A DNA stretch of 64,000 nucleotides from Minisyncoccota bacterium (GTDB lineage Bacteria > Patescibacteriota > Minisyncoccia > Phycocordibacterales > UBA6065): assembly GCA_035546035.1 (NCBI GenBank), contig DASZXC010000008.1, forward strand, positions 252,265-316,264, read 5' to 3'. Below are positions 34,265-42,490 of the stretch, piece by piece (positions within the stretch are counted from its first letter, which is position 1; each line of letters opens with the position of its first letter). A model generated the notes under the pieces. It saw only the letters and a program-made list of their open reading frames with translations, had not been told where the DNA came from and made no database searches. The position numbers were made by a program, and so were the translations under genes.

Positions 34265-35314
34265 TAAATATAGCTGTTCTTTTATATGCTTTTTTGTCGC
34301 AGACTCCCCTTTGTTATTGCTTTTGAAACGGAGATAGTTGATTTCCTTCATTTGAACGCTTCCAAACTCACTAAGTATTTTTAGAATCTCTGCCTGAGGC
34401 ATAATACCTTCAGAGTTGTAACTAAGAAGTAGGCATTTGTATTTTGCTTCACTCACTACAGTTTTTAATGCTCTGAGTGCACTATTTGGATTACAGAATT
34501 CTGACTTCTGTTCACTGTAATCTCGCATACCCGTAATCCCCTTTATCGCTGGATTGTCATATCTCGCAATTGTCTCCAGTAAATGATAATTTGGTGCATA
34601 CTGTCTTTCGTTATATGGAGGATCAAGGTAGAGAACATCAACCTTTAAGTCCGATATTAAATCCATGCTATTTTTGTTATAGACACGGTAATTTCTCTTC
34701 CCGGTGTAAAGCTTTATAGGTTTTATCTCGAATCTTTTCAAAGATCTCGGGTCGTATTTTTTTAAGAAAGCGGCATATACACCAGAAATATTTGCGTAAA
34801 AGGGTACACTTTCGATCAAACATGCCAGTAGCACAAAATATTCATTTTCTGAAATTATTTTTTCTTTTCTCCATAATTCAATCTGTTGGCGTTGGGCATC
34901 AATTTTCTCCGCGTTCTTTCCAGTTAAATATTTACGTATGAATTGCTCGTTCCGCGTTCCTTCTTCAGTGTAGTTTTCATATATAAACCCTTTGATACCG
35001 CCCAAATTATTAAGATAGAACAAGACCTGTTCTAGGGAATTTGAGAATAGAGCCTCTGATGCGGTTGTTCCGATCCTGTTTAAAAGCCTCGCAAATCTAA
35101 CCTCCTCATTATTTTCTATATAAGCTTTCTGTAATACGAAAGAGAAGTACATTAGATCCGATGAAAGGACAGAGTAACCCTTTTCCTTAAAGAATCTACC
35201 TACGTTTGATGTACCGGAAAAAAAGTCACAAAAGGTGCCGTCTTGGAATCCTAAATCAACGACGGTTGAGTGTATTTTCTCCAGGAGCTTTTCTTTGTTT
35301 CCGATGAATCTCAT
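34250..35314 (-). CDS. N6-adenine DNA methyltransferase (Dam/D12-class, DPPY motif)
   Basis: N-terminal MRFIGNKEKLL, FxGxG region and catalytic VLYLDPPYNE; start overlaps stop of upstream methyltransferase (TAATG). Confidence 0.8.
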   Translation of the reverse strand: MRFIGNKEKLLEKIHSTVVDLGFQDGTFCDFFSGTSNVGRFFKEKGYSVLSSDLMYFSFVLQKAYIENNEEVRFARLLNRIGTTASEALFSNSLEQVLFYLNNLGGIKGFIYENYTEEGTRNEQFIRKYLTGKNAEKIDAQRQQIELWRKEKIISENEYFVLLACLIESVPFYANISGVYAAFLKKYDPRSLKRFEIKPIKLYTGKRNYRVYNKNSMDLISDLKVDVLYLDPPYNERQYAPNYHLLETIARYDNPAIKGITGMRDYSEQKSEFCNPNSALRALKTVVSEAKYKCLLLSYNSEGIMPQAEILKILSEFGSVQMKEINYLRFKSNNKGESATKKHIKEQLYLLQRK

Positions 35315-36423
35315 TAGTAGTTGGTGATTAATACCTCAGACACTTTTCCTCTTTTGGTTGTATTTGAGTTGAGAGAACGACTAGATTGTACCGTATAAAT
35401 GTTGAAATCTTTATAGAGATCTCTTATGAACTTACAATCCGAATTCGAAAGCATTACATAAGCGCCTTTTTTATGTAATTCAGTGACGGTTTTTCTGAGT
35501 CTTATTTGATCTTCCTCGTAAAACCTTTCTTTGGTATACCTCGTAAAGTCTGAAGTCTTCGAGATCGGGTAGTAGGGAGGATCAAAAAAAACGAGGTCCT
35601 TTTTTGCTACATTTTTCGTTGCTTCCTCAAAATCAGAACATTCCAAAGAAGTCTTCTTGAGGGTTTTTGAAGCTTTTAGAATTGTCTCTGCGTCGCATAT
35701 AACCTTATCTAGTGAACTACCAATAGGGACATTAAATTGCCCTTTTCCATTTACTCTGTAAATACCATTAAAACAGGTTTGGTTTAAATAAATTGCCCGG
35801 GCGGCTATTTCATAGTTTCTGAAATGGCTAAAAAGATTGTAATTTCTATCCAAATTTCTTATGTGCTCGTAGAGTTTTTCGGAGTGTCTTTCTTTTAGTT
35901 TTTTCAGGGTATCAATTACTAGTTCAGGAAAATCACGGACAGCTTTATAGGTTTCAAGTAATTCTCGGTTATTGTCATTGAGAAATGATTTTTCTGGATT
36001 AAGCTCAAAGAATATCGCGCCCCCTCCAAGGAAGGGCTCAAAATAGCGATTATATTTTTTTGGGAAGTAATTTTTGTATTGTGCAACCATGCCTCTCTTA
36101 CCTCCAACCCACTGTAAGAAAGGTTTAGGACGATTTTTTTCGTGATTTTCTGCCTCTCTCTGTGAATTGTTGGTTAACGGAAATTTCTCGAGTTCCTTTT
36201 TTAAGATGGATTCTTTAAAAGAGATTAAATTCGATGGGTCACATTGTAGATAGTTACAAAGGGTATCGATGGTCGTCAGATCTATTCTTGTTGTTTTCTT
36301 GTTAGCAATTGCGTGTCCTTGCTGGTAACTAAGACCAGTATCTTTACATAATTTATAAAGAGTTTTCCCCTCCCTCTCTAAAATTTTCTTTAGGTTTATT
36401 TCTATACTCATTATGTTCTTCAT
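35314..36423 (-). CDS. HTH(XRE)-fused N6-adenine DNA methyltransferase (Dam-like, DPPY)
   Basis: N-terminal HTH (LYKLCKDTGLSYQQGHAIANKK), Dam motif I FLQWVGGKRGM / FEPFLGGGAIFFEL, catalytic VFFDPPYYP. Confidence 0.8.
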   Translation of the reverse strand: MKNIMSIEINLKKILEREGKTLYKLCKDTGLSYQQGHAIANKKTTRIDLTTIDTLCNYLQCDPSNLISFKESILKKELEKFPLTNNSQREAENHEKNRPKPFLQWVGGKRGMVAQYKNYFPKKYNRYFEPFLGGGAIFFELNPEKSFLNDNNRELLETYKAVRDFPELVIDTLKKLKERHSEKLYEHIRNLDRNYNLFSHFRNYEIAARAIYLNQTCFNGIYRVNGKGQFNVPIGSSLDKVICDAETILKASKTLKKTSLECSDFEEATKNVAKKDLVFFDPPYYPISKTSDFTRYTKERFYEEDQIRLRKTVTELHKKGAYVMLSNSDCKFIRDLYKDFNIYTVQSSRSLNSNTTKRGKVSEVLITNY

Positions 36424-36445
36424 TATATCAATAATGATTGATATA
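36424..36445 (-). promoter_or_regulatory. Palindromic operator abutting start codon of HTH-methyltransferase gene (C-box-like)
   Basis: TATATCAA-taatga-TTGATATA; a third TTGATAT copy at 36463-36469. Confidence 0.5.
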
Positions 36446-36532
36446 ATGAACCAGAGTGCCTGTTGATATCCTTGTCTTCTTCTTAAGCACTCTTTATTTT
36501 CCAGAACTCAGATCTCATATATAATCTTCTCT

Positions 36533-37225
36533 ATGCTCAAACGCACCTGGTTCCCTGGCCTCGTCGCCCTTATAATCGTCTTCTGTGTCTACTGGTTCGG
36601 AATACGCGATAGTGGCCCGTCTACGACCCTCGATCCTTACAACCAAAACCCTGCCGCGCAGAATCCAGGTATCTCCAACAGCCAAATCCAAACTCCGACC
36701 CAGCAAGAGACTCCTTCTACAAGCGATATAAAAACCATCATGGATAACATCACGACCGCGACCCTTCACACGAATAAAGGCGACATCACGATCCAGTTCA
36801 ACCCGGAGACGCCGATCACCGCGGCTAATTTCGTGAAGCTCGCCAAGGCCGGCTTCTATAACGGCACGAAATTCCACCGCGTCATCAAGGGCTTCATGGA
36901 CCAGGGCGGCGATCCTTTTTCCAAGGACGATTCGCTCATGGCTCGATGGGGAACGGGCGGTCCCGGCTATCAGTTCGAGGACGAGATCGGTCCTGATAAC
37001 AAGAACGATGTCGGCACCATCGCCATGGCCAATGCCGGTCCTAATACCAATGGCAGCCAGTTCTTCCTGAATGCGGCGGCGAATAATTTCCTCGACGACA
37101 AGCACACCGTATTCGGCAAGGTGACCAAGGGCCTCGACATCGTTATGGCCATCAACAATGTGCAGACCGATGAAAACGACCGACCTGTGTCGCCGGTCGT
37201 GATTGAGAGCGTCGATTTGAAATAA
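36533..37225 (+). CDS. ppiB: Peptidyl-prolyl cis-trans isomerase, cyclophilin type (membrane-anchored/secreted)
   Basis: N-terminal TM, cyclophilin motifs FHRVIKGFMDQGGDP, GTIAMANAGPNTNGSQFF, HTVFGKV. Confidence 0.9.
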   Translation: MLKRTWFPGLVALIIVFCVYWFGIRDSGPSTTLDPYNQNPAAQNPGISNSQIQTPTQQETPSTSDIKTIMDNITTATLHTNKGDITIQFNPETPITAANFVKLAKAGFYNGTKFHRVIKGFMDQGGDPFSKDDSLMARWGTGGPGYQFEDEIGPDNKNDVGTIAMANAGPNTNGSQFFLNAAANNFLDDKHTVFGKVTKGLDIVMAINNVQTDENDRPVSPVVIESVDLK

Positions 37226-37255
37226 GGCGGCGCATTTACTGATAACGCTGAAATA

Positions 37256-37522
37256 ATGGCCGCATATTATCTCTATATGGTCTCCTGCGCCGACGGCACG
37301 CTCTATACCGGCATCACGACCGATCTGGATCGAAGGATGGCCGAGCACAATGCGGGCGGCAAAGCGGGCGCGAAGTACACGCATGCCCGCCTGCCGGTCC
37401 AATTGGCGTATTCAAAGAAATATAAAGACCGCTCGTCCGCATCCATCGCCGAAGCGGCTCTGAAGAAGCTTTCCCGCGAGGAAAAGATGGAGATGATAGC
37501 GGTGGAGGCTTTGATAGGGTAG
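37256..37522 (+). CDS. GIY-YIG nuclease-family protein (UPF0213-like)
   Basis: YYLYMVSCADGTLYTGITTDLDRRMAEHN GIY-YIG core. Confidence 0.75.
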   Translation: MAAYYLYMVSCADGTLYTGITTDLDRRMAEHNAGGKAGAKYTHARLPVQLAYSKKYKDRSSASIAEAALKKLSREEKMEMIAVEALIG

Positions 37523-37547
37523 GCGTTCGCCTGGACATAAGAGAGAA

Positions 37548-37580
37548 AAAAGCCCCGCGTTCGTACGAACGCGGGGCTTT
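37548..37580. terminator. Bidirectional intrinsic terminator between convergent genes
   Basis: AAAGCCCCGCGTTCG-ta-CGAACGCGGGGCTTT flanked by A-run and T-run. Confidence 0.75.
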
Positions 37581-37596
37581 GGATTTTTAAGCGCTT

Positions 37597-38064
37597 TCAG
37601 ATCAATTCCCAGGTCTTCTTCTCGCAATCGATGGCGATGCCGTGACCGCGGTCGAATTGCTGCCTCGGGATGGTGGGCATCTTCAACACCACCGATCCGA
37701 ATGAATGGGGAAGCTGTTCCGCCATTTCGAGATGAGTGATCACGACGAGGGTTTCCATGTTCTCGCGGCAGCCGTCTATCGCCGCAAGCGCATGGGACAC
37801 GAAGCAATTCCTTTCGTCAGAGTAGAGCCCAGGGAATGTCTTGGTCCGGAATATGCTGCCGGTGCCGATCTGGATCCAGTAAGCGGTGCGGATCGCCCGC
37901 AGGGCTTCCGACGAGATCACGATAGTTTTTCCCGGTCTGGAATTGAACCGCTCCTTGATGAGCTTGCCTAATTCGACGGCTCGGTCATTGCCTGCTTGGG
38001 TGAGAAACTTGCCTGAATCGTCGGCGTCGCAATGCCGGAGGATGATGAGTCTTTTGAGGTCCAT
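37597..38064 (-). CDS. Histidine phosphatase superfamily protein (SixA-like)
   Basis: RHG-type motif LIILRHCDA near N-terminus, about 155 aa; start at ATG 38064. Confidence 0.65.
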   Translation of the reverse strand: MDLKRLIILRHCDADDSGKFLTQAGNDRAVELGKLIKERFNSRPGKTIVISSEALRAIRTAYWIQIGTGSIFRTKTFPGLYSDERNCFVSHALAAIDGCRENMETLVVITHLEMAEQLPHSFGSVVLKMPTIPRQQFDRGHGIAIDCEKKTWELI

Positions 38065-38152
38065 ACAAGAGCGTTGTTTATCCTGTATTACCATTTGAGC
38101 CTTTTATTGTCCATTAGTATGGCTCTATCACTGGTTATCCACAGGCTTATCC

Positions 38153-38181
38153 TTGCAGGTGAACCTTAGTTCACTTATACT
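38153..38181 (+). promoter_or_regulatory. SOS-type promoter: TTGCAG-N17-TATACT with LexA operator GAAC-N4-GTTC (Cheo-box type) occupying the spacer
   Basis: TTGCAG 38153-38158; gtGAACcttaGTTCac 38159-38174; TATACT 38176-38181; 27 nt upstream of ORF 38208 which precedes lexA. Confidence 0.65.
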
Positions 38182-38207
38182 TATCGCATAACGTTTAGCG
38201 CCCGCGA

Positions 38208-38429
38208 ATGGGCGAGATAACCAAAACGAATATGAGCAAATACGAATTGCGAAAGACGATCAAAAGGGAATTAAAAGACCTCAACTGGAAGATAGACATG
38301 AAGATAGTCCGCGGCCTTCCATACAGGACCGAGGCCCGCAGGCACAAATTCCTCATCATGCAGCTCAACAGGCTTTCGAAGAGCTCTACGGGCATTCTTT
38401 CGGCATTCTTCGATCGCGTAGCGGCGTAA
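38208..38429 (+). CDS. Small basic hypothetical protein (73 aa) under putative LexA control
   Basis: ORF directly downstream of SOS-box promoter and upstream of lexA; Lys/Arg-rich. Confidence 0.4.
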   Translation: MGEITKTNMSKYELRKTIKRELKDLNWKIDMKIVRGLPYRTEARRHKFLIMQLNRLSKSSTGILSAFFDRVAA

Positions 38430-38469
38430 GGCGGGGCTGATTATTGTAGAAAGAGGGTATAATTCATCC

Positions 38470-39036
38470 ATGATCGAAACCTATAAGAAAAAGATCATAG
38501 CCTTCTACGAACGGCATAAGCGCATGCCGGGGTATAAGGAATTGATGGATATCACGGGTTTCAAATCCAAGAATGCGGTCTACAAGATGATCAACAAGCT
38601 CGTCGAGCTCGGCGTTATTACGAAGGACGGCGAGGGCAGGATCGCCCTTGTGCGATCGGGGAGCGAGATACCCATGCTCGGTCTTGTCGAAGCCGGTATC
38701 CCGACGGTGGCGGAAGAATCCGATCTCGATGTCCTGAATCTCAACACCTATCTCGTTGAGGACAGGGAGAGTTCGTACCTGCTCGAGGTCAAGGGCGACT
38801 CTATGATAGAAGAGGGTATAAGGGAAGGTGACCTCGTGGTTGCGGAGAAGCGCGGCGATGCGAAGGAAGGCGATATCGTCATCGCCGAAGTGGATGGAGG
38901 CTGGACGATGAAATACTACCGAAAGAAGGGCAGCCAGATCTATCTAGAGCCTGCCAACAAGAAATACAAGCCGATCTATCCCGAATACGATCTCAAGATC
39001 GCGGCTATCGTGAGGGGAGTGATACGCAAATACTAG
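38470..39036 (+). CDS. lexA: LexA repressor (S24 peptidase)
   Basis: N-terminal winged HTH, cleavage-site region VEAGIP, catalytic Ser in VKGDSM and Lys in AIVRGVIRKY context; TATAAT 6 nt upstream of ATG. Confidence 0.85.
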   Translation: MIETYKKKIIAFYERHKRMPGYKELMDITGFKSKNAVYKMINKLVELGVITKDGEGRIALVRSGSEIPMLGLVEAGIPTVAEESDLDVLNLNTYLVEDRESSYLLEVKGDSMIEEGIREGDLVVAEKRGDAKEGDIVIAEVDGGWTMKYYRKKGSQIYLEPANKKYKPIYPEYDLKIAAIVRGVIRKY

Positions 39037-39037
39037 T

Positions 39038-39421
39038 ATGCAGGAATTCGAGCTTATGGCGGCGGTCGCATACGATCGACTGCCGGAATGGGTGCGCACC
39101 AGAATGAAGAACGTCGCCATAACGATCGAAGATTTCGTAGATACCGATACTGTCCGTGATATGGGCCTTGAAGACCATATGGGACTTCTCGGTCTCTATA
39201 AAGGCGTGCCGCAGACCGAACGGACGATTGCCGCAGGATTCGAGATGCCTGATACGATCGTCCTCTACCGCATGCCGATACTGGAAGAGGCTTCGGATTC
39301 TGGAAAACCGATCGAAGATGTCTTATTCGAGACTCTTTGGCACGAGATCGCGCATCATTTTGGCCTCACCGAAGAGGACGTCGAGAAAAGGGAAAGCGAA
39401 GAGTTCGGCGAGCCTGTATAA
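39038..39421 (+). CDS. Metallopeptidase-family protein (DUF1025-like, HExxH)
   Basis: LWHEIAHHFG zinc-binding motif, about 127 aa, 2 nt after lexA stop. Confidence 0.7.
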   Translation: MQEFELMAAVAYDRLPEWVRTRMKNVAITIEDFVDTDTVRDMGLEDHMGLLGLYKGVPQTERTIAAGFEMPDTIVLYRMPILEEASDSGKPIEDVLFETLWHEIAHHFGLTEEDVEKRESEEFGEPV

Positions 39422-39428
39422 TCTGCCT

Positions 39429-39815
39429 ATGGAAAATACAACTCATACGAAAACGATCTGGGCATGGCTTATTATCGCGATCCTTGTGGTCCTCGCATAT
39501 GTTTCTTTTCATATGATTAAGAGAGGCGGTGATATCGATGTCCCGCCGGGCTTCGTCGGTCCTAAAAACGACATCGTGAATGACGTCGTATTCGCGTGCA
39601 CGGCAGGAAAAAGCATCCATGCCGTATTTCATACGACTAATACGGTCGACCTCGTCCTTTCTGACGGCCGCGCTCTCTCTATTCCGCAGGTCATATCTGC
39701 ATCCGGCGCTCGCTATGCCGACGCCGACGAATCATTCGTCTTCTGGAACAAGGGCAACACAGCGTTCATACAAGAAAAAGGAGCGACGACGTTCGCAGGC
39801 TGCGCTATCAAATAG
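39429..39815 (+). CDS. MliC-family membrane-bound lysozyme inhibitor-like protein
   Basis: N-terminal TM/signal, conserved SASGARYA and FWNKG...E pattern of MliC family; ORF-track entry 39156..39815 is a 5-prime over-extension. Confidence 0.65.
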   Translation: MENTTHTKTIWAWLIIAILVVLAYVSFHMIKRGGDIDVPPGFVGPKNDIVNDVVFACTAGKSIHAVFHTTNTVDLVLSDGRALSIPQVISASGARYADADESFVFWNKGNTAFIQEKGATTFAGCAIK

Positions 39816-39818
39816 CTG

Positions 39819-41168
39819 CTAGGCCTTTTTAGCAGCATCTGTTCCCGCGACCCATCCCGTAGACCAGCAGAGCTGGAGGCTGTATCCGCCCGAAGGCCTT
39901 TCGATATCTAGAACGTCTCCGACCAGATACAGATTCGGCACGATGCGCGATTTCATAGTCTTGAAATCGACTTCTTCGAGCTTTACGCCGCCCGATGCGA
40001 CGATGGCTTTCTCTTTGCCGAGGAATCCGATGGGCGTCATGCGCATGTCTTTCAGGATCTTTACGAGGCGAAGGCGCTCTTCGCGCGTAACGATATTGAT
40101 CTCTTTTTCAGGGTCGAGCTGCGCCAATTCGATGACGGCCGAAGACATCGCCGGCGTGACGAGGTCTTTGATCGCATTCTTTACCTTCTTATTGGAATTA
40201 GCCGTAAACGATTCCTGCGCTTTTTTATCCAAAGCTGCATTGTCGAAATCGGGCATTATGTCGAGCGAAAGCTCTACTTTGTCGCCGGGCTGGGCGTACT
40301 GGAGCGATTCGCGGACGTCCTTCGAGAAATTGATAGCCAGAGGGCCGCTGATGCCGAAATGGGCGAATACCATGCGGCCGACGAGCGATTTTCCCCGCGA
40401 TTCTTTGCCGTTCTCTTTTACATTTTCCGCGCCTTGGCCAGCAGCCCGTTTTTCGATGATCGTCAGTTTCGCGTGCTGATTGGAAACGCCCGATAGCTCG
40501 CGCACCCATTTTTCGCCGATCTTTATGGGAACGAGGGCGGCATCAGGCTCGACGATGGTATGGCCCGCTTTGCGGAGCCATTCGAATCCCTCGCCCGTTG
40601 AACCGGTTTCAGGATGCGATGTGCCGCCAGTCGCGATGATGTATGAATCAGCGACGATGGTTTCGATCACTTTCGCGCCGCTTTTACTTTCGCCGCGCAT
40701 CACGTTCACGCCCACGATCTTGCCGTCCTGGATGTGAAGCCCTTTGGCCGAGACGCCTGACGCGACTTCGACCTTAGTATCCTTCATATATTTGACGAGC
40801 ACGTCCCACACCGATTTTGCGCTGTTGGATAGAGGGAAGACGCGACCTTCGTTTTCGACTTTGGTCGGCATATTGCGGCCGTTGAAAAAAGCGAGCGACT
40901 CGGCGACCGCATGCTGCGCGAAGGTCGAGAACAGGAATTTGCCCTTGCCCTTGAGCTTGCCGAGGAACGCGCGGATATCAGGCGTATCGTTCGTGACGTT
41001 GCATCGCCCGCCGCCGGTGATGAGGAGCTTCTTGCCGAGACCCTCGTTCTTTTCGATCAGAACGACCGATGCGCCCGATTCAGCCGCGCGCCCGGCCGCC
41101 ATCATGCCCGCCGGGCCTCCGCCGATGACGCAGACGTCATATCTTTCCTTAAAAGCGCCTTTCTTCAT
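39819..41168 (-). CDS. HI0933-family FAD-dependent oxidoreductase (BaiN/aminoacetone oxidase-like)
   Basis: YDVCVIGGGPAGMMAA, ITGGGRCNVTN hallmark, C-terminal GDVLD motif. Confidence 0.85.
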   Translation of the reverse strand: MKKGAFKERYDVCVIGGGPAGMMAAGRAAESGASVVLIEKNEGLGKKLLITGGGRCNVTNDTPDIRAFLGKLKGKGKFLFSTFAQHAVAESLAFFNGRNMPTKVENEGRVFPLSNSAKSVWDVLVKYMKDTKVEVASGVSAKGLHIQDGKIVGVNVMRGESKSGAKVIETIVADSYIIATGGTSHPETGSTGEGFEWLRKAGHTIVEPDAALVPIKIGEKWVRELSGVSNQHAKLTIIEKRAAGQGAENVKENGKESRGKSLVGRMVFAHFGISGPLAINFSKDVRESLQYAQPGDKVELSLDIMPDFDNAALDKKAQESFTANSNKKVKNAIKDLVTPAMSSAVIELAQLDPEKEINIVTREERLRLVKILKDMRMTPIGFLGKEKAIVASGGVKLEEVDFKTMKSRIVPNLYLVGDVLDIERPSGGYSLQLCWSTGWVAGTDAAKKA

Positions 41169-41230
41169 AACGAGAACAGGCTACCATGGAATCTCGTAGT
41201 ATCATATGTACATCCGATAATTTCACTTTT

Positions 41231-41872
41231 ATGGCTTCATCAGAAAAACACATAGAGGCAAAGACGATACTCGTATTCGCGGTCATCGCTCTGGCGGCGG
41301 TCGCTCTGGCTTGGTTCATATTCGCTCCGAAATCCGAGGATTATGAGACGACGGGCAATGGTTCGACTACTTCTCCGGTAACGGCGAACGGCACGTTCTA
41401 TTCGAATCAGGATATGGCATTCAGCGTCACGGTGCCTGTCGGATTCACCGTAGACGAATCGTATATAAACCAGAATCTCGGTCCTGGCCGGGAGATTCCG
41501 GGCATCGCATTCAAAATCCCGGCGTCCGTCGCGGCAGGCACGAATCTGTCTGCCGATTCAAAGGTCTCCGTCGAAGAGCTTTCCGACGTGGACTGCATGC
41601 CTGCCGATTTTCTTTACCAACCGCGATCGTCGGCTCCCGTCGCTATCGGGTCTAATCGGTTCATTGTGGCAACTTCAGCCGATGCGGGCGCCGGGAATAT
41701 ATATGAAGAGACCGTCTATGTGACCGAACGCGGCAGCCGCTGCTATGCGGTCCGCTATTTCATCCATTACGGCAATATCGGCAATTATCCCGCGGGCGCG
41801 GTGAAAGAATTCGATCGTGCCGCGCTCGTACGATCGTTCGATGCGATCACTGCAAGCCTTAGGCTCATATAG
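41231..41872 (+). CDS. Membrane-anchored secreted hypothetical protein (paralog A)
   Basis: N-terminal TM (ILVFAVIALAAVALAWFIF); shares pattern with next gene; start at ATG 41231. Confidence 0.45.
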   Translation: MASSEKHIEAKTILVFAVIALAAVALAWFIFAPKSEDYETTGNGSTTSPVTANGTFYSNQDMAFSVTVPVGFTVDESYINQNLGPGREIPGIAFKIPASVAAGTNLSADSKVSVEELSDVDCMPADFLYQPRSSAPVAIGSNRFIVATSADAGAGNIYEETVYVTERGSRCYAVRYFIHYGNIGNYPAGAVKEFDRAALVRSFDAITASLRLI

Positions 41873-41873
41873 C

Positions 41874-42455
41874 ATGGCCGCGCTCGCTGAAAAGAAGAAG
41901 GGATCGTCTCTTGTATACGCAGGGGCGGCGCTTCTTATCGTCGTCGGCGCGTATGCGTATCATATGTATCCCTCGTCTTCGACCGCGCTCACCGACAAGA
42001 CGGCGAAAAGCTATACTTCCGCCCAATTCGGCATTTCATTCCTATACCCGCATGGATATACGATCAAGGAAGATAATGTAGGTCCGTCGGCGCCTCTGCA
42101 TCACGTCATAACGTTCGTTCCGGAAGGATTGTCGGCCGTGCCTCAAAACAGCGAAGCGCCCGCAGGCATCGCGTTCGAAATCCGCGAGAACGAGCCTGTC
42201 GAGATGAGCGCCGAGACATTCATACGGACGGATCCGGCATCGAATTGGAATATAGCGACGAGCGGTATCGTGCCCAAGACCTATGGATCCGTATCAGGCA
42301 TGGAATATTCATGGTCCGGTCTGTATGAAGGCAGGTCTTTCGTCGTTGCTCGCCGCGGTTTCATCTATGTCTTCTCCGTGACAAGATTCGAACCGACCGA
42401 TGCGGCGCTTTCCGATTTTGATCGGATCCTTTCGACGCTCGAATTAGCTGAATAG
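41874..42455 (+). CDS. Membrane-anchored secreted hypothetical protein (paralog B)
   Basis: N-terminal TM; parallel segments to paralog A (FSVTVPVGFTVDESY vs FGISFLYPHGYTIKEDN; FDRAALVRSFDAITASLRL vs FDRILSTLELAE). Confidence 0.45.
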   Translation: MAALAEKKKGSSLVYAGAALLIVVGAYAYHMYPSSSTALTDKTAKSYTSAQFGISFLYPHGYTIKEDNVGPSAPLHHVITFVPEGLSAVPQNSEAPAGIAFEIRENEPVEMSAETFIRTDPASNWNIATSGIVPKTYGSVSGMEYSWSGLYEGRSFVVARRGFIYVFSVTRFEPTDAALSDFDRILSTLELAE

Positions 42456-42490
42456 ATCGGCGGTGAAAGGCGCTCTGGTATAATAGGCGC

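Noticed and set aside
32833-36532. Classical mobile element (transposon or integrative element) carrying the R-M system
   Set aside because: No transposase or integrase ORF, no terminal inverted or direct repeats recognisable at the composition boundaries. Retained only as a compositionally distinct island.
39156-39815. 219-aa ORF as annotated in the track (39156-39815)
   Set aside because: Its first 91 codons overlap the lexA-downstream metallopeptidase gene in another frame. The real gene is the MliC-like CDS from ATG 39429.
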